From the NCBI GenBank assembly GCA_027031495.1, contig JALVQA010000020.1, positions 1-60,866 of the forward strand: a stretch of 60,866 nucleotides of DNA, given 5' to 3'. How positions within the stretch are numbered: position 1 is the first letter of the stretch; the number at the start of each line of letters is the position of its first letter. The notes beneath the pieces were generated by a model. It worked only from the letters and a program-made list of their open reading frames with translations. It did not search any database and was not told the DNA's origin. The translations under genes were made by a program, and so were the position numbers. The stretch is from Candidatus Moraniibacteriota bacterium (GTDB taxonomy: Bacteria; Patescibacteriota; Minisyncoccia; Moranbacterales; GCA-2747515). Positions 1 to 11,012 of the stretch are shown here, in pieces.

Positions 1-88
1 TCCATACTTTCATACAATACCGTTAAACAGTTTCCAGTATACCATAATGTCCTGTATAATAGAGGTGTTATTTCCTAAGAAAAAACCC

Positions 89-1096
89 ATGACACAACTC
101 ACAGATATTGCGCGGCAGATGGTTGCCTCCGGCAAGGGGATTCTGGCCGCCGACGAGAGTCCGGCAAGCGCCGGCAAGCGCCTGGCCGCCGTCGGGATGG
201 ACAATACGCCGGAGAACCGCCGTGCCTATCGCGACCTTTTCTTGAACGCAGACGGCATTGGGCAGTACCTCTCCGGTGTGATTCTACACGATGAGACGCT
301 GCGCCAGGACGCCCTGGACGGCACACCGTTTCTGACACTGCTTGCCGACAACGGCATCCTGCCGGGCATCAAGGTGGACGAGGGATTGACGCCCTTTCCC
401 GGCTTTGACGGCGAGGAGCTCACGCGCGGACTGGATACACTGCCCGAGCGCTGCGCAGACTATGCCGCGATGGGCGCACGGTTCACCAAGTGGCGCAATG
501 TTATTCACATCGGCGCGGATTTGCCGACGCCGGAGCTTGTGCACACCAATGCTATTACACTCGCACGCTACGCGCGCATCGTCCAAGATGCCGGCATGGT
601 GCCGATGCTGGAGCCGGAGGTGTTGCTCACTGGCGACCACTCACTGTCACGCGCCGAAGAGGTCACGCGCGATGTGCTTGCAACCGTTTTCTACCAGTGC
701 ACGCGCTATCGCGTGGATCTCTCGGCGGTTATTCTGAAAACCAGCATGGTCGTGCCGGGTGATGCGTCCGGCGAGGTGATGGATCACGATGCCGTGGCAC
801 TCTCCACACTACGCGTGCTGCGCGACACTGTGCCACCGGAGGTGCCGGGGGTCGTCTTCCTCTCCGGCGGACAGAGTGCCGAGGACGCCTGCCGCAACCT
901 TGCTGCCATCAACCGCGCGGCTCAAGCAGAAGGCGGCGCGCCGTGGCCGCTGACATTCTCCTTTGCCCGCGCACTGCAAGGACCGGCGCTTGCCGTCTGG
1001 CGCGGCGACGACGAAAAGGTCGCGGAGGGGCGCGAAACCTTCCTCACCACCCTCCGGCGCAACACCGCCGCACTCGCCGGTAAGGACTGCGCATAA
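89..1096 (+). CDS. fba: Fructose-bisphosphate aldolase, class I
   Basis: GILAADES, GIKVD, FTKWR, PMLEPEV, FLSGGQ and TFSFARALQ motifs of class I FBA. ATG at 89 preferred over the track start at 47. Confidence 0.95.
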   Translation: MTQLTDIARQMVASGKGILAADESPASAGKRLAAVGMDNTPENRRAYRDLFLNADGIGQYLSGVILHDETLRQDALDGTPFLTLLADNGILPGIKVDEGLTPFPGFDGEELTRGLDTLPERCADYAAMGARFTKWRNVIHIGADLPTPELVHTNAITLARYARIVQDAGMVPMLEPEVLLTGDHSLSRAEEVTRDVLATVFYQCTRYRVDLSAVILKTSMVVPGDASGEVMDHDAVALSTLRVLRDTVPPEVPGVVFLSGGQSAEDACRNLAAINRAAQAEGGAPWPLTFSFARALQGPALAVWRGDDEKVAEGRETFLTTLRRNTAALAGKDCA

Positions 1097-1122
1097 AGAG
1101 CTCCGCTACTCGTAAGCACAAG

Positions 1123-1155
1123 AAACCCGCTGTACACCTAGAGTACAGCGGGTTT
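1123..1155. terminator. Bidirectional intrinsic terminator between fba and the convergent gene
   Basis: Perfect 13-bp inverted repeat aaacccgctgtac/gtacagcgggttt with a 7-nt loop and A/T tails. Confidence 0.8.
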
Positions 1156-1200
1156 TGAATATGTATCCGTTATCCCTTCAGAAAGCACTTCACCTCTCTT

Positions 1201-2358
1201 CTAATTATCCCGCATGTCACGGTCACGCACCACGCGTGCAAAATCCTCAAAGTGTTCCACGGTGTGTTGCCGGCCCGTCAATGGGTCTGTGTAGTACATT
1301 TTTATGTGCGGCACACCGCTGTCAATAACAAGCTCATAGAACGACTCCGGAAATACGCGACTTTTCTTTGTGCCTGTAAGTGAGTAGTATCGCACACCGT
1401 TCTTCTCCTCATACCGCGCCACCTCCAGGTGTCCGTTGATAAATGCCTCTACATTGTATTGCTCCAGAATCGCGCGCAGCTCCGGCGCATTTGTGACAGA
1501 GCGTTTCGGGCGCGTGCGCGCATCTTCAAATTTCTTGATTTTTTTTCTCAAGGGCGGTGCGCTGTGCAGCACTCGTTGTACGGTCACGTTGTGCTTGCAA
1601 CTGCGCGATAATGCTCTCTACATCTGCCGATGCGCCCTGCGCAACAGCTTTGTCAAACGCTCCCTGGTGCATGATGACATAGGTGCGCTTGTCCGTATCA
1701 AGCACCGCTCGCAACCATGCGAGCGTATCAGGATGAACGTGCCCGGGAATATGTCGCTTGCCACCCGGCACAACCTCCCTCCCATCCGGGTAGTAGTTCG
1801 CATCCACAAACACGAGGCGGTAGTCACCGATGTCAATCACATAGTCAAGCGCCTCAAGGCCCAGCGCGTCTTTAAACTGCGCTTTGGTCACGCTGCGCAA
1901 TTCATGGTTACCAATCGCCCAATACACCGGCACGTTGTTTTTCTCCAGTTCTGCACGCACAAGGCGCAGCCCCCACATACCGACGTAGTCCTCGTCATTC
2001 GTTCCTTCAATCACGTCTCCAACATGGATGATGATTTCCGGCGAAATGCCCGCATGTTCTCATGAAACAACGCCAACGGGTGCGCGTCCTTGCTTGAACC
2101 CAGATAGCGCTCCGCTTCCGGGCGCTTGTCAGCACGCACGACGCGATTGGGGTGCACCTGCGTATCGGTGATAACCCCGATCTTCAGCACCTGCTGTGTT
2201 GACACCTTGCGCTCGTACAGTGGGATAAATGTTGTTGTTGGAAACCAATCCCATTTGTGTACATATGCAGGTGTATCGTATGTCACCCAGTATTTGTGCA
2301 CATAAAATATGCCGACACTACATAGAATAACGATGCAAATACTTATAAACTTTTTCAT
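1201..2358 (-). pseudogene. Calcineurin-like metallophosphoesterase with N-terminal membrane anchor, split by two frameshifts (or assembly errors); ~385 aa when joined
   Basis: Motifs ITDTQVH (2011-2358), VGDVIE/GNHE/MHQ (1526-2014) and NGHLE (1201-1587) fall in order across three track ORFs. Frames join by +1 at ~2044-2046 and -1 at the T8 run 1539-1546. Confidence 0.8.
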
Positions 2359-2412
2359 AAAAAATGCATGAGTAGATATAACTCTTTATTGCAGTAAACA
2401 ACATTTACGCTG

Positions 2413-4254
2413 CTACAAGAGTTCTTGAATACGTTTAATAATTTTCTTTTGACGCGCAGCATTTCCCGAAGACTCCGCTTCACTCAATGTAGCGATCAGG
2501 CGTGCACGCTCTTCTTTTGTCCACAATGCAATCATACGTGCACACATGTCTTCAACTTCTTTTGCAAGAGCCTCCGCATCAGATGTTATTATGATACCCG
2601 TTGTCGCCGCACGATGTGAACGAAGCACTTTTTCAAGCACGTGGCGCGTACTCTCATCATCCACCACAGAGAGAACTTGCGCAAAAGAGGTCGCACCATC
2701 CATATATGCCATAATAAGAGCATGGAGCGCCTTCTTTTGTTCTAAGAGCGGGAGAGGAAAACTGTATGACGCGAGCACTCTCAATGCGTCATCTGATTGC
2801 GCAGCAAGCGAGAGAAGATTGTCCAACAAAATGTCACTTTGAGCAACTTCCACGTTCTGATTAGTGCCACTCTCTTGTTGTATGGTTGCCTCACGCTGAA
2901 TATCGCCTCCATAATCACGTTCTGCCTGCAATCGTTCTAATTCTTCCGTAACTGTCGCGGGAGAAGTTTGTGTACGCTGCGCAAGTTGCTCCACCCAATA
3001 CTCCTTGTCAACGTGTGATGCATGTGCATTGATAAGCGGTGCTATTGTGCGAATAACAGCGTGCCTACCATCCGGCGTTGCCACATTGTGTGTAGCAAGA
3101 GCGCGGTCAAGAAAAAACGCCACAGCATCACGTGAATGCTTTATAAGTTCGGTAAGATGCGCCGGATTATTCAACGCAATATCAGCAGCATCTTTTGCCA
3201 TTTCCCCATCAGTCATAACAACTCTTACACGTAAGCCAACGGAAACGCAAAGTGCCGTACTTTTAAACGCCGCTTTGCGACCGGCATCATCATTATCAAA
3301 AAAGAGAATAACTTGTGGCGCATAGCGACGTATGATGCGCGCATGATTCTCTGTAAGAGCAGTACCGCTCACAGCAACTGTCTCACGAATGCCGGCTTGA
3401 TGCATTGCAATAACATCAAGGTTGCCCTCAACAACCACTGTGCGACCCGTATCTTTCATTGCCTGTTTTGCATGTGCAATACCGTAAAGAATAGCGCTCT
3501 TGTGATAAACAGGTGACTCTGTTGTATTGATGTACTTTGCCTGTTTTCTGCCATCTTTATCATTTTCATCGTCTGGCAAAATTCGCGCAGAAAATCCGAC
3601 AACACGTCCAAGAGGATCAGTAATCGGAAACATGATACGACCACGAAAACGGTCATAGTAATCGTTAATACTATCACCATGCGTACCGTCTTTTTGAATA
3701 ATAAGACCAGCTGCAGCAATGTCAGCAAGTGTGTATTTGCGTCCATGTAAAAAATCGCGAATATGGTGCCAACCGTGTGGCGCAAAGCCAAGGCGAAACT
3801 CAGCAATTGACATCTCACTGATGCCGCGATCCGTAAGATAGGGACGCGCTTTGTGTCTACCGATGCCGTCTACAAGTTGTTTCTGGTAAAACTTTGTCGC
3901 AAGCTCAAGGATATCGTAAAGAAGTTTTTTTTGATCTATTGATGTGTTAGCATTTGCATCAGTATGCTGGCGCGTAAGCTCTACGCCGGCACGCTCTGCA
4001 AGCGCAACAAGAGCATCACGAAATGTCATACCCTCTTGTTCCATGACAAAACTAAACACATCACCACCCTTACCGCACCCAAAACAATGCCACAGTTGTC
4101 GCTCCTCGGACACCGTAAACGACGGCGTGCGCTCCTTGTGAAACGGGCACAGCCCCTTCCACTGCCCCGCGCCGGCACGCTCAAGCCGGACGTAGTCCCC
4201 CACCACATCCACAAGATTGAGCCGCGATTTTACTTCTTCTACATCATTGTTCAT
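2413..4254 (-). CDS. dnaG: DNA primase
   Basis: CPFH..E.TPSF...CFGC zinc finger, DRFRGRIMFPI, KYINT, TOPRIM EG.LD and FDND.AG motifs. Confidence 0.97.
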   Translation of the reverse strand: MNNDVEEVKSRLNLVDVVGDYVRLERAGAGQWKGLCPFHKERTPSFTVSEERQLWHCFGCGKGGDVFSFVMEQEGMTFRDALVALAERAGVELTRQHTDANANTSIDQKKLLYDILELATKFYQKQLVDGIGRHKARPYLTDRGISEMSIAEFRLGFAPHGWHHIRDFLHGRKYTLADIAAAGLIIQKDGTHGDSINDYYDRFRGRIMFPITDPLGRVVGFSARILPDDENDKDGRKQAKYINTTESPVYHKSAILYGIAHAKQAMKDTGRTVVVEGNLDVIAMHQAGIRETVAVSGTALTENHARIIRRYAPQVILFFDNDDAGRKAAFKSTALCVSVGLRVRVVMTDGEMAKDAADIALNNPAHLTELIKHSRDAVAFFLDRALATHNVATPDGRHAVIRTIAPLINAHASHVDKEYWVEQLAQRTQTSPATVTEELERLQAERDYGGDIQREATIQQESGTNQNVEVAQSDILLDNLLSLAAQSDDALRVLASYSFPLPLLEQKKALHALIMAYMDGATSFAQVLSVVDDESTRHVLEKVLRSHRAATTGIIITSDAEALAKEVEDMCARMIALWTKEERARLIATLSEAESSGNAARQKKIIKRIQELL

Positions 4255-4297
4255 ACTTCCATACTAGCGCATGAAGGCACAAGCACGCAACAGAACA

Positions 4298-4322
4298 AAA
4301 ACCCTCCGGGGAAGAGGGTTTT
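4298..4322. terminator. Hairpin/intrinsic terminator at the left island boundary
   Basis: aaaaccctc-cggggaa-gagggtttt, perfect 9-bp stem. Confidence 0.65.
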
Positions 4323-4325
4323 ATG

Positions 4326-4430
4326 TCGCAATTACTGAACGTCGCTCGAACTTTCTTTGAGCAATAATCTGCGTCCTGGCGGGTGCAGAACCTGTCCAGT
4401 GGCAGCATCCGCCTTGCGGTGAGCAAAGCA
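4326..4430 (+). repeat. 105-bp repeat, copy A (inverted relative to 14079-14183)
   Basis: Hand alignment with the reverse complement of 14079-14183: 85/105 identical, no gaps. Confidence 0.9.
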
Positions 4431-4725
4431 TCCTGATACCCTCGTCATAGAGTACTAAATTACAAAGAGTGAAGCTACGATAACCATGTCATCGTAGCAA
4501 CTTTCACGAAATCGTCTAGCGATCTGACGAGCGTCATCAAAAGATCGAGATCCTGCTCCACAATATAGTGTCTTGGTCGGACACTTCCCGAAGCATTTTA
4601 ATTTGCCTTTGGTGCGATGCGCCGAGACATCCAGAGTATTTTCTTGTCATTAGAAAACCATCCTTTCAGTTAATTTGGTGTTGCATGACTCAGAGAGCAC
4701 GAAGAACTTTGCCTGAAATCTGTCA

Positions 4726-4749
4726 AAAAGTCAAACGTTTTTGACTTTT
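4726..4749 (-). terminator. Probable terminator of the island operon
   Basis: aaaagtcaaa-cgtt-tttgactttt, 10-bp stem 9 nt after the stop at 4758. Confidence 0.6.
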
Positions 4750-4757
4750 CATAACGC

Positions 4758-5231
4758 TTACGTCATTTTATTCTCAATTTTATACTTTGTTACCTTTGAT
4801 GCATTTGGATGCGACTTAACAGCGTTTAACACCTCCGGCTCACTCGTCAATTTTACTAAACGGTCTAATACATCGCTTGGAGTGTTCGGATTATGGGCAA
4901 TAATCATACGTATATAATCCGATGCTCCCTCCAATGCTCGACGCATTGAATTTTCGGGCACATTTGGATTACAAAATGCAAGCACTCTGACATTAAAATT
5001 TTCGTCCATTGAAAGAATATTGAGAATAAATGGATCATTGCCTTCTGCAGCTTCTTTGCGTCTTTTTTCAAGCGGCCATTTTGCCACTTCGCGCTTTTTT
5101 TCTTCGAGTCCCTGGTCAATTTCAGTGCACATAGAATCAATATCTGCAAATATATCTTCAACATCAGGCAAGTCCTCAACTTCAGCGACGAGATTGTCTA
5201 TGTTGTCAAATTGTAATTCCAGATTTTTCAT
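4758..5231 (-). CDS. Hypothetical protein with LRV/HEAT-like helical repeats
   Basis: Repeated motifs AFCNPNVP, AHNPNTPSDVLDRL and KSHPNAS resemble leucine-rich-variant repeats. Starts 5 nt after the VWA gene stop. Confidence 0.7.
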   Translation of the reverse strand: MKNLELQFDNIDNLVAEVEDLPDVEDIFADIDSMCTEIDQGLEEKKREVAKWPLEKRRKEAAEGNDPFILNILSMDENFNVRVLAFCNPNVPENSMRRALEGASDYIRMIIAHNPNTPSDVLDRLVKLTSEPEVLNAVKSHPNASKVTKYKIENKMT

Positions 5232-5236
5232 AGTAT

Positions 5237-8200
5237 TTAATCAAATGTTTGTTCTATTAAATCTTCCAACTTTTGTGTAAATTTTCTCGATAGCATTGTT
5301 GGATCTTGTACTTTAAGCGAATTTTTGCCAAACTCTTTTTCAATAGTCTTCGCAGCTTGCGCTAAACCAATTCCTATAATCACTGCGTCTCGCTTATACT
5401 TTTGTATAAGATCATGTAGTGAATCCGAGCTACGCGCCAAACCATCTGTAATAAAAAAGGTAAAATTATAGGAACGATTAAATTTATCAGCGAATTTCAT
5501 TTGACTTTTTTGCGTCGCCCGTAACAGCTTAGTATCTTGCTGGTTCCGAACGGTGGGCCTAAGTAAAACTATCTTTTGTAAATCATCACCATATGCATCC
5601 TGGTCGAATTGCTTCAAAAACATGCAACCGCCTTCGGCATAGATGACGATTTCCAACGGTATTTTCAATTTTTTAGCTGTCTCAATTAAAGCTACGGCCA
5701 ACTTTTTTTCTTCTTCAATCATTCCACCTACCGAACCAGTATTATCGATAATCAACGACCACACGAATTGTGGCTTTTCAGGCGGACGTTTTCGCTCAAA
5801 AGACTCGGGTCGAATGACAGGTTTACGACCTTTCATGCCAATTACATTTCTCTGCCATCCACGTTCCAGTCTCGCTCCGCGTCGTTGATGTTTTGCGTAT
5901 GCATAATCCTTATCAAGTTCAAATTTATCAACGAAAAAATTAACAAGGTCGCCAATCAATTCTTTCTCTTCCTCCATGTATTTAATGTATAAGCGAAGAG
6001 CTCTGCCATCCAATCCTGACATCTCTTTATACATTGTTTCCATTCTTTTCTGATGCTGTGTTTTCAACTGCTCAAGTAATTGCAATTCTTTCTGTTGCGC
6101 CCTCGTTTCTTGCTCTGACAATTCTTCTCTCACTCTTCGCTCTTCTTCGCTGGTCACCTGTTTCATGATAAGATTTCCATCTTCATCGTGATCCAGGAAT
6201 TTGCTTTCAATGGAGTTTTCAAAAACGCTTAATTCATCCAAAAGTTTTGAATCTGGACACTTAAACACAACATCTGCACCTTCAGTGGTGTTACCAGCTC
6301 CGCCTTGATGTTGAAAGTCAAAATACTCCGCCAATCCACTAACGCCATTTTTTTCAAAACCCTCTCCGTCGGCCCGTCCGCCAGACAATTTTTCATTTAA
6401 TCTTTCTTCCATGCCTTCTAACATCTCTGACAATTCTCCCATAATATTGGAAAGTTCTCCAGACATGTCTTGTGGATTCGTACTAAATCCCAGCGCTTCT
6501 TGCATTTGTTGCAGTTCACCAATCATCTGCCGCATCGCTTTTTGTTCATCCTGCCTACCACTTTGTTCCATTGCTTGCTCCAAGTTTTGCTGCATCTGAT
6601 TTAGAAACTCTTGCATCTCTTGTGCGGACGGTATACCCTCGCTACCGCCTTCCGCGCCAGCCTGTCTTGCACTCACCTCGCCTGGTTCTTCAAAGCCTTC
6701 AGCTCCTTCTGCTGTCACATCTTCTCCTACACCCCCGCCCTGATCTCCGCTTTCAGCGGAGTCACCGTTCTTCACATCAGGTTCTTGATTCCTCTCGTCT
6801 TCTTCAGTTTTCTCACGATATTCCTGCGTTGACACCGGAATCTCAAAATCCATCGCCTCCCACAAATAGTAATATTTTTTATAATCATGCTGACCAAATT
6901 CGTTGAGACGTTGTAGATAAAGACCATGCATTATGGCATGGTCAACTGCACTCCAAATGACCGGCATACTTCGACGATAAAACTCGCCCCACTCAATCTC
7001 GCCTTTTTTGACAGGAATCGATTTTCCGCCATTTCCCCCTCTATACCAAAACCTTCCAAATGGTTTAGGTAAATTAAAGTTCACCAAAAAATCGCCAGTA
7101 GAGAGTCTCTCAATATAATTCTTTATTTCTTTTTAAAAAATCCTCACCGGCTTGCTTGCCATAAATAGAAAAAACAGGCAAATCGTAACCCCTTTCCTTG
7201 ATTTTTGAAATGATCTTGTCGGTAAAATTGGGATTTTTCTGTTGATAAGCATGCGCATGACACTACGATATACTTTACTCGTTTCCTGCGCAAAATGGCG
7301 TATTTTTTCTAGAATCTCCTTTTGTTCTTCCGTAAGCTTAGACTCATCAATACCATACTCTTTGATATTGTATATTATCGGCTCTTCTTCAAGATCCACT
7401 TCTTTTTCTGGCTCAGAAATATATTCGGCAATATCTTTAATTTGCTCAGCCTGTTGCTGCAAGGTTTCAAGCTGTTCGCTCAATACTCGGTCCTCTTTTA
7501 CCGCCTCTTGCAGATCTTTTATTTGCTCACGAAGCTGCTCGGCTTGCTCTGCAAACCTTTCCATTGCCTGCAGCTTTGGCATTTGTGGAGCAGGTTCTTT
7601 TCCAGCCTGTTCCTGCACTTTTTGAAACTGCTCTTGTATGCTTTGTAAATTATCGGCAAGTACTTGCTTGAATAAATTTTGCGCTTGCTCATACTCCTTT
7701 TGTTCAGCCGGACTTAATTCTTGACTTGGTAATTTTGAACGCCACTCACCTGCCTGTTTTTTTCCTATCCCCTCTTTCTTCTCCACGCCGTTTATATGCT
7801 TCGCGTAACTTCTCTCTCATTTCTTCGACTTGCCGGTGCATATTTTCTATTGCAGACAAGCCAGCAAACTCAGCACTATTTAGCTGTTTTGACTGTTTCA
7901 CTTCAGCCTTTGCTTCAGAAATTCCAGCAGACATAGCAAGTTGCGAAAACTTTGGCCATAAATGTTCGCGAATAAGATGAATTTGTTTTTGCGGCGTCGC
8001 CATTTTTATGGCTTGGTCAATTACTGATTTTGTCCGCGCATCAAAAAGATCTCGCACTTCAGCGCGAGCATTTGCAAGACCTTGTTTAAAATGTTCTTCG
8101 GGTATTATTCCGATCTGTGAAAGTGAATAGAGGAGAGTGAGCGTAACAGCTTGCTTATAGGGCGAGGCGTCTTTTACTTGTTCTGCCATGGCCGCGGTAT

Positions 8201-8693
8201 CAATTTCTTCCTGATACAACGCCTTAAAATTTTCTTCCGGGTATGCAGAATAAGCGTTCCGCATTTCAAAATAGTTAGCAGAAGCTTCATGTATTGCTTG
8301 GACAAGTGATGTAACCAATGTTGGTGTAATACTGCGCTCTTTACACCACTCACGCAGATCGTTCAACTCTTCTTCAATAGGATAATTAAGATTGCCGATT
8401 TCATGACGCAAACGAGCATTGACCAACTTCTGATCTTTTACAAGATAGTCGCGAGGATAGATAATTACATCCAGTACATTCTTAGCAGGATTTTCAGGAC
8501 TTGTCGCCACACCCCAATCTGACCCTGCAATAGCACGAATACGCACTTTACCTGCAAGACCTTTTCGTTCCAATTTGCGCACTAAGCCATGCGCCAGCAT
8601 GGGAATGATTTCATTTAGCTCTTGCTCGCGTCTTTCTATATCTACCGGTAGCGTTTCAGTGGGTGGTGAAATGTATTCTTTTCCCTCTCGCAT
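5237..8693 (-). CDS. Large VWA-domain protein (CobT/MoxR-partner type), ~1151 aa when three frameshifts are repaired
   Basis: C-terminal MIDAS (IIDNTGS ... FFITDG), N-terminal HEIGN segment, Q/E-rich coiled coils and a G/E/D-rich linker. Track ORFs 7746-8693, 7133-7786 and 5237-7087 join at T runs 7757-7763, ~7234-7246 and 7130-7134. Confidence 0.8.
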
Positions 8694-8704
8694 AACATAA
8701 TAAA

Positions 8705-10619
8705 TTATCTAATGCCTTCCGCTAAAATCATCATTATAGCATCACGATCGCTTTTGCCACGGCGATAGGTTTCAGTATGTGGCATATAGGTAACAGCAAC
8801 TGCGTATTGTGCGGCATTCCATCCGGGTTGATAGTCCGGCATCTTGGAAAGGTTGGCTTCCCAAAGTTTATTTTCTGAGTAAAACCGTGCCGCCTCAATA
8901 GAGCCGCGAAGCGAAATGTCCCGCTCCATTCGCAAATCACCGGCGCGCGTTTTATACGCTTTTACCACTTGGCGCGTACGATCCGCAATTGCTATGATGT
9001 TTTTCAAGTCCTTGATGGCTTTTATTTGTTCTGGATCAAGTGAAATGTACGCACCACGGCCGTTCACTACATAATCCCACGCTTTTTGAAAGTCTTGATC
9101 TGACAAATTAACTAAAGGATGAATGTACTCTTTCAAGATCAGTGCCTCATCAATAGTAAATCGCTCTTGGTTAGTCTCTGGATCAATTTCTCTGAACGGC
9201 GGATAGTCCAAAGTCATGATATTAGAACGGTCATCAATGGTTTCTGGCAAATCTTCCACGCCGTCGTATTCTGCCGGATTCATTAACGCGACAAAAACTG
9301 TGCCAGGAGCTGCTTTAATCACTTGATCGTTGAGAAAAATCGTCCGATCGCCGTCAGAGAGAGCGTTGAAAAATTTCGCCACCTCTGGCCGCAAAAGATT
9401 AACTTCATCCAATTCCAACACAGCGTTCGGTGTAGTAACAGCAGAAAGAATTCGGGTTGGAATTCTCACGACTTCGCCATCCTGTAATTCCACATCATAG
9501 GTCAGGTCGCGTTCTTCTTTATCTGGCGAGCACGCATAGCGGTACAGCGGGCGGTTCGTTTCAGCACAATAAAAGTCCACTAGTTTATTTTTTCCAGCGC
9601 CACGAGGACCAACAATAACGGTCATACCCTTGGCTGAAAGATGTTCCCACTCCGGCGCCTGCTTATTTTTTACAAGTTCTTCCAAGTACGCATTATTGCC
9701 TAGACCAAGCTGGCGATTAACTAATTGGGCAAACCAGGCAAATTTTTTCTCAAAAAACGGCGTAAGTTTAAAACGTGAATCGTGAGGCGGGATAAATTCT
9801 GCGAGGTTATCATCAAGCGAACGCAAAAAATTCTGAGTGCGAAGAATGTCTGCGGCACGCTCGACAAAATCATCCATATCTTCCAATGCAAATCTTTCTA
9901 AACCAACAACTTCTTTTATCCCACTAGGATCTGTAAACTTGGCGATTCTGTCGGCAAGTTTTCTTGCTTTAGTGTCATAATTCGAATCATCAGGATTGAG
10001 CCCTTCGTATTCTTGTTCAAGTTCAGCTAATCGTTTGCGGATCTCATTAAATGCGCGCACCTCTTGACGTCCCTCTAAAACGGTATCAATAGACTCAAGT
10101 CGTGTCCCACGATATTTTTCAGAAAATGTTAGCAGCTCTCCTGGCTTTGCAACAAGCGTTAATCCATTGGCATCTTTGAGAAAACGCACATCAGCAAATT
10201 TTTTTCCGCCAGAAACAAATACTTTGCCGGGAACAGCATTCCATTTTCTTGTTTCTGTGGGAGTTTCGCACACTGGAATATGCGTGCCACCAACTGTGAT
10301 ATAGCACCCTTCTTGCATTGCTGATGTGGAATTTTTTTCTTTTTCTTGTTCTGGTGTCGGTTCTATTGTTTTTATCTCCCCTCGCACTGCTTCTTGCTCC
10401 AATCGGTCTAGTTCTTCTAGTGAATCCTCTAATGCAGCAATTATCTCGTCACGAGACTTACCCTCCCCACTTCTCCATGTATCAGGCAAAAGCCGCGCTT
10501 TTTCCAAGGCACTTAACACTTTTTTCTCGCTTTTTTTCTATTACCTCCTGCGATACCGGTTCTTCTTTAGAAGTAACCCGATCGCGTTCAGGCCTTGGTT
10601 CTGGCATTTGTTCCCTCAT
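8705..10619 (-). CDS. MoxR/CobS-type AAA+ ATPase with long N-terminal extension, ~637 aa
   Basis: Walker A GPRGAGKN, Walker B LELDE, sensor-1 ALMNP, arginine finger IDDR. Probable true start ATG 10619, joined to track ORF 8705-10519 by removing one base from the run at 10520-10525. Confidence 0.88.
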
Positions 10620-10629
10620 AGTTATAAAT

Positions 10630-10989
10630 TTAATTATCAACCTTCTCTATTGCACGCTTTAATTTAATAAGTAAGTCATGTACAATTTTTGGGGCTTGTT
10701 CAGGGTAGTAAATAGTAAGCGTGCTTTTCTCTGACACAATGCGTGTGTGCCCTTGAAAACCAGGCACACCAAAAAGCCAGCGACCGACTGTATTGACGGC
10801 TATTTTTTTACCTTTCGCATCAACTCCTTCGGCTTTACAACTTATTTCTTCATTATACTGTGATAAACCTCTAGCTTTTTCGCGAACAAATACGCGCGCT
10901 GTTACGCCAAGCGGTTTTGGTGCTTGAATCACAATCTTTGCATGAAGCGGGATAAGTCTTTCTGGAAAGCTTTGCTTTTTTGTAGTCAT
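10630..10989 (-). CDS. Hypothetical protein (119 aa) in the island operon
   Basis: Intact ORF with 23-nt and 10-nt gaps to co-oriented neighbours; no recognisable motif. Confidence 0.75.
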   Translation of the reverse strand: MTTKKQSFPERLIPLHAKIVIQAPKPLGVTARVFVREKARGLSQYNEEISCKAEGVDAKGKKIAVNTVGRWLFGVPGFQGHTRIVSEKSTLTIYYPEQAPKIVHDLLIKLKRAIEKVDN

Positions 10990-11012
10990 AGTATTTGAAT
11001 CAAATTTAAAAA

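Noticed and set aside
161-182. Tandem ccggcaagcg repeat in fba
   Set aside because: 10-bp unit read in different frames within a conserved protein stretch; likely chance.
5237-10619. Cobaltochelatase CobST of cobalamin synthesis
   Set aside because: Architecture is similar, but there is no cobN or other cob gene in the window, both proteins are much longer, and the context is an island.
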